Shown here piece by piece: positions 20,901 to 35,107 of a stretch of DNA of 64,000 nucleotides (position 1 is its first letter; every line of letters begins with the position of its first letter). A program made the position numbers and the translations under genes. Source of the stretch: Flectonema sp. DT1601 (taxonomy: Eukaryota); the NCBI GenBank assembly GCA_964019425.1, contig OZ025787.1, forward strand, positions 992,001-1,056,000, in the 5' to 3' direction. Under the pieces are notes generated by a model. That model did not search any database and was not told where the DNA came from. It saw nothing but the letters and a program-made list of their open reading frames with translations.

Positions 20901-22060
20901 TAAGGAAAACAACGAAGAGGAGAACAATGCCGCCTGAGTATTTTAAAAAATATTTAAAAAAAAAAATAATAGCAATCTTGTTCAATCACACAATCCGTAC
21001 CTTCCGAGCAATCTCGCCAACTCCATAGGATTATAACGCGCTCTACAGGACAGACAAAATGACGAAAAGTGTTCTACTTGAATTATAAAAAGAATTTTAT
21101 TTTTAATGGGTATCTTTTTTTTTTTTTTTTTTGGCTTATTTTTTTGTAATTAATTAACCACCACAGGACAAGACACAAGCCATTTTTAAACCCGAATGTC
21201 TTATAATAATCAATTGCGGAGAAACAAAAAACAAAGAGAAAAAGAAAAATCATTCATCGCTGCCAAAAGGAATACAATGACTATGTCATAGATGGGAATG
21301 AGAAATGTTTTTTTTTTTTTTTTAAATTCTTGTTTTTTTTTTTTGTTGTCTGCAGGATATTTTCACTTACCTCCGTGGTACAGTGATAAAGGCTATTGTT
21401 TAGTGCGAGCTAAATAACAATCGCAAAAATACAAAAGCACATTGCAACTGAAAATGCTATGCAGCTTTTCAAGATACACAAAACAAACGACTCTCACGTA
21501 TCAGATGAGCAAATGATACTTTTAATGAGGCCATTCATAAATCATTAACACAACAGTTATGACACATCCAGTGCTTCGAGACTACTCTCGGAACTTATTG
21601 AAAAAAAAAAGAGAAAAAAAAAGAAGAAAGAAAAACTATGCACAAATTATGTTAGGGTCTGAGACAAGATGCTAATGACCTTCCATGTTACACTACGGAA
21701 GGGTTAACAACTCAACTGATGAGACAACAACGATCATATTATACAAGCTAACTCCTTTAGCTTTGTTTACACAAGCAATTAAGTGTTTCTTTTTTTTTGT
21801 TTTTTTTCCCCTTTGTACTTGGTATCGTTTGCTTTTGCGCGATACAAGCTCACTCAAATCGTGTGGTAAATTTTACTTTGCTTCGCATATTTGGGGAAGA
21901 AAATCAGAGATATAGAATTGAGGTTTTTTTTTTTTTTTTTTTTTTTCTTTTTTGCTTGCAACGAGCATGTTGTTGCCTCAGGCCAAAGTTAATACGAGAC
22001 TATAAATAATAATGCATCCAGAGACCTTCTACAAAAAGAAACCATTTAGATCAGCTTTAT

Positions 22061-22170
22061 ATTTCGTTGAACGCAGACAGAATCCTGTCGCACGGGGAAA
22101 TAAATCATGACCATAAGAAATAACAGCCTTCAATCTGAATAGTCTCTTCTCCGACTACGCCGGTACAAAA
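22061..22170. repeat. Dispersed ~110-bp repeat, copy A
   Basis: Shares colinear blocks gttga.cgcagacag, cgcac...gaaata, aatctgaatagt.tcttctccgact.cg.cgg with 26522-26634. Confidence 0.85.
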
Positions 22171-22732
22171 AAGAAATATTTTGACTTGAATTGCACCACT
22201 GCAAAGTGCAATATTTTCTTCTGATTAACCAGACAGCAGGGTTAGAAGGAATTAAAATAAAAAAAATAAATAAATAAAAAAAAATTTAAAAATAACGCAA
22301 ATTGGAAGAAAGGCTGAAACAGCCCTACAATTGAGAATAACGAAGTGACAACAATCGGCAAAATTTAGAATACGGAGGGGTTTTTTTTTTTTTTTTTGTG
22401 TCTAAGGATCTGAGAAAACTAAGTACTATTTTAATTTGTAACATGAGAATAAAATAAAGGAGGCGTACCGCAAAAACGAGCAACCTGATTCAATTTCTTA
22501 TTCCCTGTTTTTTTTTTTTTTTGGCACATTTAAGAAATATTTTATCGCGCTGAGTCGAAGCCAGTACTCAAGTTCTTAACGAACGAAGTTTCGTGAAGCA
22601 GCTCACTTGAAAACCAGAGGAAACTCCTGGGGTATTCTCTCGTATGTACAAAAGATGTTTTTCTGAAATTACAAGCAAAGTGTTACTGAGACGAGCTAAC
22701 TTAACTGCGCGCGGTGCATTTTTTTGTTTATT

Positions 22733-22765
<33 letters not shown>

Positions 22766-24080
22766 CTACATAGATCCAAGTTCAGTGAAAACTTTTTCAA
22801 AAGTTCACTCATTTGAGAAGAGAAAAAAACACAACTCCTTCTGCTGACGTGCAACCCTCGACGTGGATTGAAATGGGTAAAAACGGAGGTTGTGTACATT
22901 GGCCGACTACAGTAAAACGAGAATTGTGTGGAACAAGGAACAAAAAAAAGGAAGGCATTACTTTCCAGCAGATCGCAATGAAGAAACTAAAGAGTACAAC
23001 GAAAGTTGCGACTCAAAGTTGAATTCGCACTTCAAGCACCCCGCAGCATGCTGTGATTAATATCAATTTTTTTTTTTTTTTTTAAATGTCTAACTCGACT
23101 TGCCACATCACTTAGGCATTTGTTCCTCACACAAGAGGAGAACTTTCAGAACTTTCTTTTTTTTTCCACTTCGAGAAGTATTCTCTCACTTCACGAAATT
23201 CCTTCAGAGGTCAGAAGCGAATTTTCCCACACCAAGAGACAAACGTACATGTGACCTCGAACCTCTGGGGGGTTGATTTACTTGACCATTTCTTTTTTTT
23301 TTTGTTCTTTTTTTTTTTTTTTTTCTTTCTGATATCCGAGCTTCAGTTTTTCTACTTTTTTATTTTGATTGTTTATTTTTTACGTTTTTTTTTCTTTTTT
23401 TTTCTTCTTCTTTTTTTTCCCTCCTCTTATCTTTTATTTCAAAAAAAAAAAAAAGAGAAAAAAAAAAGGGAAAAAGGGGCAAATTGATGCTTTTTCTTGA
23501 GGTCTTATACGAAAAGGTTAAATTGATACACAAAAACAAGGAGTATAAAACTGTGAGTGTTTGCTCCTCAGACGTAGTTAGTAAAATATGCATTAAAAAT
23601 AACAAGCCATAAGTGTATTTTTCTTTGTCGGTTCCCTTCTTCATTGGTTACTTTATACGCAACTTAAAGAGTGCCACAGACAAATCGGTACAGGTTTGTG
23701 GGTACGACTCACACCTATCTAAAAAGAAAAAGATAGGCGGACCTAATGGCTATGACCATCACGTTGACCAAAAGAATGAAAGACGGAAAGGGGTCTAAGA
23801 AAAAAATGCGTGTTCTTCGCGTAGCATTATGATTTCTTTTTTTTTTTTAATATTATTATTGTACATTTTTTTTCTCTGAAGAACGCCACAGATATTCTTG
23901 ATAGAAGAAAAAAGGCTATCAAGCAGCCTTTAAAAAAAACAATAGGTTAATATTTATTATTTTATTAAAAAATAAAGATCCAAGTTAGTCTTCCCACAAC
24001 AGGGATAATGTCGCAGGTGTTGTACGGAATAAGTACTGCATTGTTGAGCGACAACTTATTGTTATACTCTCGCAAAGTTT

Positions 24081-24111
<31 letters not shown>

Positions 24112-25040
24112 AGAACCTTCAACCTCATAAAAAGGGACAAAATCACTAATGATTTCGATGCAGCTTATTCTTTAGGTTTAAATGATCATGCGACATAAAA
24201 TCCTAACCACGCAAGTTTTTCTTTTTTTTTTTGTTTCACGTATCTCATTGCCATAAAGTGTGAACAACCTTTTCCTGCAGTACAGAAAGGGAGATTCAAT
24301 TACTTTAGTATGTCAGTACCAATGCAGCTGCGTTTAGAATGGTTTAACGCGCTATTTGTTAAAAAAAAAAAACAAATTCATAACAAGAACGTAACACAAT
24401 ATATGGAAGAAAGAAAAAAAAAAATGGACGAAGAAGAAAACAGTTTATTCCTATGAATAATGAATTATAAATTTTAATTATTTATTTTATTTTATTATTC
24501 CATTTTTTTTTTTTTTTTTTTTCAATTTTTCATTCATATACTCGTTTGCTACATATTTTGATTGCGAATGTAATCACCTTACCAAGATTAGTTTGATACA
24601 AGCTTAATAAGAAGTTACAAAAGAAGGGTAGCTTACGACAACAAAAAACAAAAAAAAAACAAAGCGGTATCTTCTCCTCTATAAACCATCACTTTGTCGC
24701 AAATGCTAACTCGTTATCATCTACACGGGGGGTTACTAGCTTCGCAGGTCTTCTGTAAACATGAGAACGCATGAGGGATCGTAACTTATTCTCGACAAGA
24801 CGAGGGCTGCTAAAATAATTTAATATGTGTGGGATAAACAGCGATATGCCCTTTTACAGAGCGACCACAGATGTGTATTGAATACCTAAATCCGTTGTCG
24901 CTTTCCTGGTCATTTGGAGAATATTAAAGGTATTAATTCCCAACAGTTCAACACATAAAAAAACTAAATAAATAAAATGACTAAAAATGTTTACGTAATC
25001 CACCCGTGGCTGGAAGCAAGGAGTGAATTAGTAAAAAAGA

Positions 25041-25073
25041 AATGAATGAATGAATGAATGAATGAATGAATGA
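25041..25073. repeat. (ATGA)n microsatellite
   Basis: About 8 tandem units visible. Confidence 0.9.
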
Positions 25074-26521
25074 AGGGCAAAAAACAATGATACTTATAAT
25101 GAAGGAAAAAATGTTTTTTTTTTTTTTTGTTTTTTTTTTGATTGAACCCCGACAATAGGATAGTTTTAATTCTGTAAAAGATCGCAGAATATGACAATTA
25201 TGTCGGATGGGATGGGAATGTGATGACGACCATTTTCTTTCAATCAGAAAGAAGTGCCCGAATTCACAAAAGGGAATGATGACTAAATCCAATAATAAGG
25301 AACACACACAACACTGTGGTTATTTTCTTTTTTGAAATTACATCACACGGACGAGTGCCACGTACTTACGCCGCTTAGTAATTATTCCAGCTCTTCCTTA
25401 AACTTTATACCCTGCTGGATATGAAAAAGAAAGTGAACAGTCGGTACATTGGTACAGACCTACTGAAATTCTAACACCGTTGTATTGCTTGTTGAGGTGA
25501 TGCCTGCCAATTTAGATGGCAAGACAAGGAAATAAAGGAACTACACTCCCGGGAGAGAAAGAAAAAAAAGAAATGGTGTTTTTAAAAAACAAAAACAAAA
25601 AACGGACAAAACAAAAGATTTAGCTAACGATTAGACATCAGTCTCTCTCTTTTTTTTTTTTTTTTTTTTTCTTTTTCCCCCCCCTCTTCTCGTGCGTGTT
25701 GACTAGAAGAAGAAAAAAAAGGGGGAAAAGCAAAATCTGCAAAGCAGTATATTGTTCATAAGATAAGCTTTATTGAGCGACAATAACATTTTGAATAACT
25801 ACAACTAAAATAATGCACATCTAAACAGTAACTAAAAATATTATCATTTTTCTAAGTTATGTGTTATTGTCCCAAGACAGCTTACAAAGAAAAAAGAACA
25901 TATGCAATAATAACAAAGCAATATTTCAAAAAAATAATAAATAAATAAATAAATTGTTTTTTTCCTAAACGAAAACAAGTTAGCACAAAACATTTTCTAA
26001 AGTCCTAAACACAAAAAACAAGTGAATGTCACACCCTCAATAAGCAGGGATTAACAAACAAGAACAGCTCGTGCTACTTTTGCAAAGGTTTTAATAGAAA
26101 AAACCAATTTTGAAAATCCGTACTAACTAACAATCAATCAAATAGTTCTTTTACGTGCTGTGAGGAGTTATAAAATGAGCCGACAGTGTAAAGTTTTTTT
26201 TTTTTTTTTAAAATGGACCTCATTATCTCACTAGATAGTATAAAATCAAGTGGCTCAGAAAAAAAAAAGGGGGTAATTGGCTGACTCTTGTTTTCTGCCA
26301 ATACAATATTTCTTTTTTTCTGTCAATGCCACAGTTGGAAGGGGTAAAAAAATAAAAAGAGTAAATGTAAAAAAGAATACACTCCCGTGCAAATATAGAG
26401 CGTGCAATCTTTTTTGTCAAGAATGTTGTCACACATTCTGAGTACAAGAATCAGTAGGCTACAAAACCTCTTCAACATATAAAAAATAAAATAAAAACCA
26501 ATTCAGGTAAGCCTTATATAT

Positions 26522-26634
26522 ATTTTGTTGATCGCAGACAGTATTACTGGCGCACAAGGAAATAGATAACACAACACAATAAATAGACGGCTCTTAATCT
26601 GAATAGTTTCTTCTCCGACTTCGTCGGAGCAAAA
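26522..26634. repeat. Dispersed ~110-bp repeat, copy B
   Basis: Diverged direct copy of 22061-22170. Confidence 0.85.
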
Positions 26635-28201
26635 AAAAAAAAAAAAGGCCGGAGGGGGGCTGAAATAATATAAGTAAGGAAAGTAAATGTCAGTAGTAGT
26701 ACCTATTAAGGAATTAAATCAAAAAAAGAGGAAAAAAAAGCGAAGAGTACACCTTTTTTACTTCTCTTTCCGTTTTTTGCTCTTTGCAGACCCACACTAT
26801 TTGCATTATCATCCCAATGCACTCCAGAGAACACTCAGAAGATGCATTGGATCATCACGTTTCTTAGATAAATGCAGAAAAAGAGGGAGGGGGGAAAATT
26901 ATAAATAGAAATACCTTCTCCTTTTTAAGCAAATTTCGAGAAGTAAACGAAGAAAAGAAAGAAACGATACAGAAGCAAGAAAAGACTCTGCCTTAAATTC
27001 TCAAGGGTCAGGGCTTTTAACTAGGGCTTTGTACAGACGTGTGAACCAGAAAGGGTCATTCCAAAAAGAAGTTAACGACCAGTTTTTTTTTTTTTTTTTT
27101 GATTGCAAAGTGACACACAATACAGTAACCCCCGATGCATCTCAGCAGTCATTCCGTGAAAGGGGAGGGTAATATAAAATTGTTGATTGTTGTACAATGT
27201 AGAAAAAGGAATCGACACCTTCATTAAATAATTCCGACACTCATTTAAACAGATTCCTAAGAGAATGATATCACAATAATGGTTGCGAATGAGAGTGCTT
27301 TTTTTAGAATCAAAGATTCCGTACTCGACTAGCCTGTTTCTGTACAACAGTAGACGGTTTTGTGATAAATGATTCAACCCCAACGTACCCGCTGACGGAT
27401 ATCAAAAAACACAGTACCCCAAGATTGCCCTTTTTCAGAAAGCAAAGGAAAGCTTGCTTCTGCAGAGCCTTATAGATAGGTAGTGGATATTATTATTGCA
27501 TTCCGCGAAAGTAAACAGTTTTAGTTTAGAAACATGTTTCCTATGAAACCTCGGCAGGCAAATTTAGATTTCGATTTTTTTTTTTTTTTTCATCTGTTTG
27601 CACATCTCAGAGACCGACGTTATTACAGACCCAAGACTAAAAAACTGTGTGCAAAGTCAATCACGTTTCTTAGAACGGATCGCCTGTACAATATCATTGA
27701 GAGGCGTGATCAATGCGTTTTGTCAGTTTTTTTTCCTCTCATTATTTATTTTTTTTGGATTTATAAAAATAGAATAAAAAAGAATGTTTAAACCTTACTA
27801 AATTCATGATTTAGTGCACGTCGTGAATCATAACACGAACGACACCATTCGTATAATTATTATTAATGGTTATCAGTCAAAAGAAGGGGAGAGGGTGGGA
27901 AAATTCAATCGAATGCAAAAGTTCGTAGGACAACAAACAAATAATAATGGTTGGTTTCGGGCTAAGATTCAACTATCTTTCTTCGGACCATTCCCTTACC
28001 CAGCCCTCTTCAGCGAAGAAAGTAAGGGGGACACTGCGGTATATTTGTATAGTTATATAACTTCTTTGTTTTTTTTTTTTTCCTCCCCGAAGAAGCAAAA
28101 AAAAAGGAACACACAGAAAGAAAAAAAAACATGACAAAAAAAATGAGGTAAATTTGCACCTTTCGTAGAAAAAAAGAACGAAAGGTGAAGAGATTTTTAA
28201 G

Positions 28202-28234
<33 letters not shown>

Positions 28235-31200
28235 TTCGAAAATAAGAATAACGGAGAAAAAAAAGAGAATTATGTCTGACAGATCTTCTAAGACAATACC
28301 TATTCAGCGGATTGATTGTCTGTGTACAATTAGAATCAAGCCTATAATGAAAGGTGCTAACGTTATAAAAACGAAATAATAATAAAAGCATTCACTTGGA
28401 AAAATCGGTTCACGGCAGGAACATCCGCCTCTTTAAATTTTGATTTCAGAAAAATGGGTGGTTTTTTTTACTTGCTGCCTTATTAATATTCCGCTGACCG
28501 CCTACGACCTATTGATTTATCATTACAGGAAAAAATAAATAAATTTTACGTGTTTCTCTATTGTTTTGACAGACACACAAAGCAAAAAACTAAAATAAAA
28601 AAATAAAAATTAGGAGTGGCTTTTGGAAGGGGGTAGGTCGGTGACGAATATATGTCACACGATCTGCATAATTAATTCGGTTAAAAAATACTTGTATTGC
28701 ACTGTAACTTAATGATATTTGCTACAACAAAAGAGTTAGGGATCAGGGTTCCTTCTTAGTATATAAGAGTAATTTGGAATGAATTCAAGAAGTGTAAAGG
28801 CGACTACTGTTCCGAAGTACAACCGAATGCAAGAGGTATTGCATGGTACTTGATTAGAACATTTTAAGGGGGGGGGTTGATTGATAAAAACGACATAGCA
28901 TTCTTTCTTTCTTTCTTTTTTAAAGTTATAAATACCTAGCTAGCGGTTCTTACCCAGCAAAAAATAAAATAAAATAAAATAAAAAAACTTTTTTTTTTTT
29001 CTAAGATAAAATCGATATTCTCCTTTTAAACAGAAAATGGTGACAAGTATTTTGGTTTGGAGTTGGGACTTAGATTTTTTTTTTTTTTTCTCTAGTCTTT
29101 TTCAAGTTACAGTTCTTCTATGAATGTAGTACAAGCACAGTATGTGATAAGCACCTGTTGTCTGGAAAAAAAATCTGAAATGCAATTCAGGTACTCCAGA
29201 CTAGAAAAAGCTCTCACAGGTTGATATAGAATTCCGTGGCAAACGTCGCAAATGCGATTGCCCACCGAATAAGATCTTTACGAAGCTGCTGTAATGATAA
29301 CCAGAAATCTGTGGAAAGAAACGAAACTGTTGATGGCATAAATAATTATTGTATCGAAGCATCTTATGATACAGTGACTAAAGGTTGTGTTAGAAGGTAA
29401 AACACTCTGCAAAATGTTGTAAAAGATTCCACATTATAATCAATGTTTCTAACTGAAAAGGGGTAGTCTGACAATGTAAAAAGAATAACTGAAAATAATA
29501 AAAAAGAAAAAAAATATATAATAAAAATCTAAAATCCAACATCATGATTAAAATCCTTGCTAGAAATTAGGAACCAACAAGAAGTTTTTCCTTGGTTTGT
29601 TAAAAGAAGGTAGTCTGGGATAATTTTTTCATGGAAATGACGAAAAAACACAAAATAATAAAAAATATCCGAACTGCGTAAGGGTAAATCACAATCATTC
29701 AATGACATGAAAACTATCCTTAGAGGGAGAGTCATAGTGCGGACAAATAAGTTGAAAACTGTCACTTCTTATCCCAGATTGGTAAACTAACCTATATTCG
29801 AAGTTTTTTTCCATAAAACCGTCAAAATAATTTTGAATTTAAAAAAAAATTAAAAAAATTAAAAAAAAAACCAAAAGCTTTGTTTACAAAGGAAAAAACC
29901 TGCACTGGCATTGTTCTCTTTTTTTTTTTGTTCTAAATCCACAACGGATTATTATTTTTATCTGGATTGCAATATTTTAGTTATTCTTGATAAGCTGAGA
30001 GAGTTTGCATGTTGACTAAGCCGGTACTCTCCTCTTAGAAAAATTGCATAATATTCTTCTCATATTTGTCGAGAGATACACAACAAGACTAAAACAAAAA
30101 GTAACAGGAAGAACCTTATATTTAAATTAAATTTATACTATTATTGTTTTCTATAAGTACAATAGAGCTCCAGAAGTAATTTTTTTTTTTTTTTTTTGTG
30201 TTTAGATAAAAAGAATTTTAAAAAAAAGAACAGGTACAAATAAAGAGGCAACTTAACCAATAGTGTTGACTGATACCGACAATAGATGTAAAATATTACA
30301 CCCTGTATAAGGTAATCGCATTCAGGTCGCCTCTGTGATACGACACCTTACGCTACCGTGGTATTTAATCTCGCAAAAACATGTACCGATTAAAGAAAAG
30401 TTAGATAAGGGTTCCCATGAGAAAAGAATTATTCTGAATAATCAGGTTATCACCTTCATGTAAAATAGTAGTAGTTTAGCAAAAATTAGATATGACTGTG
30501 GTAGTTGGAAAGATTACTTTCACCCGTAGCGAAAAAGTCCAACACACAGAAGAAAGAAAGAAAAAAGGCGCTTTAGTCGCTCACTGTCACCTGCGAAGTA
30601 CAATATTACAACGAATATAGATGGGACTACCCAACGCGTACAAAAGCCCTTCAAGACAATTAATCTAATACATTCCGAAAGTTTGGTACTAAGCTGCAGC
30701 TCGCATGTTAGTAATCATGTCCACGTTTTCTTTTTTTTTAAAAAGAAAATAAAAGATTCGCAAGCACAGAAATAACTACATGTAGGAAATAACTTCACTG
30801 AAATAAACGATGAGTAGGTAAATCCCGATGTCTTTTTTCCATTCCAAATTGGAGCTTAAACAAAGCAGTAAGACAAAACAGAATAAACTCGATCTAAGAA
30901 TGGCAGGGCAACTGTCCACCCTCCACCTATTAAGTCAGAAGTTATTGATACTGTGAAAAAAGGTATTCGCAGTTCACGTACATGTAGTTTGTTTTTTTTT
31001 TTAACAAATAAAAAATTAAATAAAAATGAACAAAAGAAACAAAACAAGGACATATCAAAAATACGAGAGTAGAAAGAATAAGAAAATGGATTCTTTTACC
31101 AGAGGTTGGAACAAGAACAACTATAAGCAGATAATTATATGCCAATGAAATCTTGCGGTCATAAAAAATTCTGGGAGAAGCAAGAAAAATTACTTCAAGA

Positions 31201-34200
31201 TAGTACGTGTGGCAGGAAAACAACTATAGGACTGTACGTCATCTGCAGGCAGACACACTGCAGATTGGGAGAGCGAGTCCGGAGGGAAAGCCAACGTTAA
31301 ATGTGAAGAAATCCAAAAATCTCTGTTGCTAAAGATGTGCGTTCTTACAGCAGGTGTTAGAGAACGCGTAAGGAAACGAGTCGTACAGAATAAAAATAAA
31401 TAAATGAATAATAAAACTACGTTTCAATGTGAACCTGTATTGGTATAATTTGATACAAAGAATAACTAATAAAACAAAAGAAAATCAAAAAAAAGGGGGA
31501 AAAAGTGGATTTACACAACAAAGATACCAGAAAGTTGATTTCTTTAATATTTTTTTTTTTCAAAACTTTCATTATTATTCTTTTTCCCCCACCGATTGCC
31601 AACTTGATTAAAAAAAAAAAAAAAAAAAAGAAAAAGAAAAAAAAATACACAAAGTGATTCAACAAACTCAGATAACAAACGCAACCTGTAAACGCAGTAC
31701 AAGCAAGCTACAACGTACGCGTGTGTGTCCACAGCTACTTCTTTTATCATAGAGAAAGGATCGATCATTCTTATTTTAAAAGGTTATAGATACCACTCTT
31801 TATTATTACTCAACCCGATTGGTAGCATTATTTTTTAATAAGAGACCTGCACATATATGAGAAACACAACAGTTTAATGTGCTCAATAAGTGGGAAAGCT
31901 GCGCCTCTTGTTTTTTGAAGAATGACTACCCCGATGTCACTATTTATTTCGCAAGGGAAAAATACATTTTGATTTAAAAAAATATTTAAGTGTTTTTTGT
32001 CTTCATCGTTTAAAAGGGAATCATAACAGAGTGTTCGATAATTGGAATCATTTTTTTTTTTTTTTTCGCAAAAGAGAACAAAAAAAAAAAAAAAAAAAAA
32101 GGAAAAAGGAAAAAGGAAAAAGGAAAGGAAAGTAGCTATAATTTAAGCGTAATTACCACGTTGAAACTACAGAACCCAATTGCCATGCGTTGCCGAAGTT
32201 GCCTTTGCAACTCGGATACAAAGGTAAATTTTTTACCCAAATTTCTACACCATGTCAGCGAAAAATAATAATTGGAAACGCCTCCCTGGATATAAATAAA
32301 GCTCTCTCTCACAGCTCTAACCAAGACGGTAACAAGAACACACGAGATTCTTGGACAAAGAGGCGCATTATTTTTTTTATTGCAATACTGGCGAACGCAC
32401 CCACTAGATTTACTTCTAGCCAGTTTTTTTTTTTTTTTTTTTTAAATTCCGAAGAGAGATAAATAGTAACAGAAAAAAGAAAAATAGGGGGGTGAAAAAT
32501 AGCAAAAGCTGACGAATAATAACGTCACAACTAAGATTAAATTTTTAAAACCTATCAAAGGGGGAATTATATATGAGTAGGGAGGGGTTAATATAAAAAA
32601 TAAAAATGATCAAAAAAAACACATCGTCAAGAATGCAGCACAAGCCTCGATCAGATCGCTTTGTTACTAACCCCAGACAGAGCCTAAGTTCGCAGCAAAA
32701 TACAGAAAGAGCCTATGTTCAAACCCTCATGACAAGAAGGGAAAGAGGAAGACAAAAAGTAAGTCACATAAAAGAAATAACAGTGTAAGAAGGGGTCAAA
32801 ATAAATAATAAGAACTTATCCGTGGAAAAAGAAGTTAAGTTCTTTGGACAGAAAAGATACCCCTCCGCCATAATAATTATAAAAAGCTATTTTTTTTTAT
32901 TTTTTTTATTTTTTAGCAATTGATAACGTGTAGCTACAAGGATTTTAAAAAAAAAAAAAAAAAAATACTATTCTGAATATAAATAATGATTAATGTACAC
33001 AAGAAATACAATACTAAATAATTGACGGGATCGGCACAACGACACCTGTCCACTCTGTTTGTGATTTAAGTAAAAAAAATAACAGAAGACCAACCGGTCG
33101 CAGCTGTCCGCCTGTGCCAAAGGGAAACACAAATATTCAAATGTAAACAACCTGACAAATTAAAAAAAAAAAAAAAAAAAAAAAGCGACCCAAGAATTCT
33201 TCTGCAAGACTTTGCTTCATACAGGACGAAATAACTTTCAGACCAATCCACGTAATCACAAAACAGTTGTGATATTTTAAACTAAAATGAAAGCACAAAG
33301 CAGATAAGAAAACAAGAATCGTTAACCATTGACAGGTTAAGTGAGTGATAGTTTGACAATGTAGAAAACAGTAATACTCGAAGATAAGTAAGCAGGTTAA
33401 ACTTTGAAGTATAACGGGGTTAGGGATTTTTGAGAGGACTAAAATTTTTTTAGGTAAAACCTCCTCACGTAATCTTTTTTATTTTCGCTTATACACCACG
33501 GTTACTTACTACTATCAATGCTGCTGCATATACTTTCCTTCAGTTCACCGTCCGTTTTTTTTTTTTTTTTTTAAGAGGAATTTAGGTGGGGAGAAAGAAT
33601 GGGAAAAAAAGAAGGAAAAAGGAAAAAAAAAAAAAGGGGGAAAAAAAACTGGGTTTCAATCAATCACCATTTCACTATCACTAATTTTTATAAGAATCGC
33701 TAGCTAGGTTTTTTATTTAAAAAAAAGAAGTAAGAGCAAACTATTTTTTTTCTACTGATGTGGTTATATTTCTATTTGCAGTTAGTATGTTACTATGTTT
33801 GTTTGTTTGTTTTTTTTTCTTCCATTCTGAAAGTGTTTTTTTTTAATGCTATTTTTGTCGCTATGGGCGGGGTTTTGTGTGTTTTTTTCTCTCATTACCT
33901 TCAATGTGTATAAATTATGTTTGTTTTCCAGCTGAGAGGCTCATTTTTATGTTTCCTCATCGAATGGAAAACAGCGCGCTTTTTATGTGTGAGTGTTGTT
34001 ATTCATTTTTTTCTTTTTTTAAGGAGTTCTTTTCTTTAACTGAAGCTCGGATATCGTTTTTTTTTTTTTTTTTTTTTCTTTCCGTTCGTTTCTCTTTTTT
34101 GTTTTGTTTTTTTTGATTGGTTCTAATTCAAAAAAAAAGAGAAAAGGGGACAAACATATTCCAAGTTGGAATGAGATAAGTAAATGACCAATAAAAGTAG

Positions 34201-34690
34201 TGTATTTCGTGTGAAAAAGTTTTGGTTCTCTTCTTTCAAAAGGGTAATAGAAAAATTACACTACGATTCGAGGACCACCCAGCGAAGTCTCGCGTTGTAT
34301 CCAACAGCAGTGGAACACCTCTCATCACCTCCAGGCGAACAATAAATACTTTTTTTTTTTTTTTTTAAATAAAATGTTGTTTTTTTTTTTTGCTTTTTTA
34401 CACAAAAAAAATTCGTTCATGCATATTATAATATTATTTCTTCTGCTTTTTTTTTTGTTAATTTTTTTTTTTTTTTTTTTTTTTTTCATTGTCAAAAATG
34501 GTTTTGCTCACCCAAATCTAATCACTTATCGTCCCTCGAGCATGTCTTTTCAATACTTCAAAGTAAAGCATAAGCGTCTTTGAAATTTGATCAAAGAACA
34601 AGAATTGCTGCCGCGCTACATTCCCGTATTAGGAACTGGTCAGAACCTGAACCTGTCGTTGTAATAACCGGTTTCGTATTGTTGTTATTA

Positions 34691-35107
34691 TCAAAGCATA
34701 AATTTAACTCTGCAATTCTTTGTGGTGTTGTTCATGACGCAGTGATCACATGTAATTGGTAATTGCCATTTTTGGTTTGCCTTCAATAAACGTTCCCTTT
34801 TTAGAGCAATCTTGTTTGTCGGTGGGATTGTCATCATGGTGACGACCATGTGTTGGTGCAGCTGCTGAAAGGTGCTGCAAGAATCCGCAAGGGTTCCGAA
34901 GTACGCAACACCCTCTCTCGAGATTTGATTTATGTAACTGTGAACCATAGCATCGTTGTAGGTCTTTGCTGTACCTCCCATGTTTGCTCTTACTAATGGA
35001 GTTCCTGGCAGATCACTGATCCACTTTAGTACTGCGCGGGTCAACGGTGACGAGTTGCTGACGAATCTTCCCTCCTTTGGGAGACTGTCGACAGTGAGGC
35101 ATCTCAT
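34691..35107 (-). CDS. Hypothetical protein (138 aa)
   Basis: ATG follows a pyrimidine tract and AG. The ORF is GC-richer than its flanks and lacks long homopolymers; no family recognised. Confidence 0.55.
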   Translation of the reverse strand: MRCLTVDSLPKEGRFVSNSSPLTRAVLKWISDLPGTPLVRANMGGTAKTYNDAMVHSYINQISREGVAYFGTLADSCSTFQQLHQHMVVTMMTIPPTNKIALKRERLLKANQKWQLPITCDHCVMNNTTKNCRVKFML

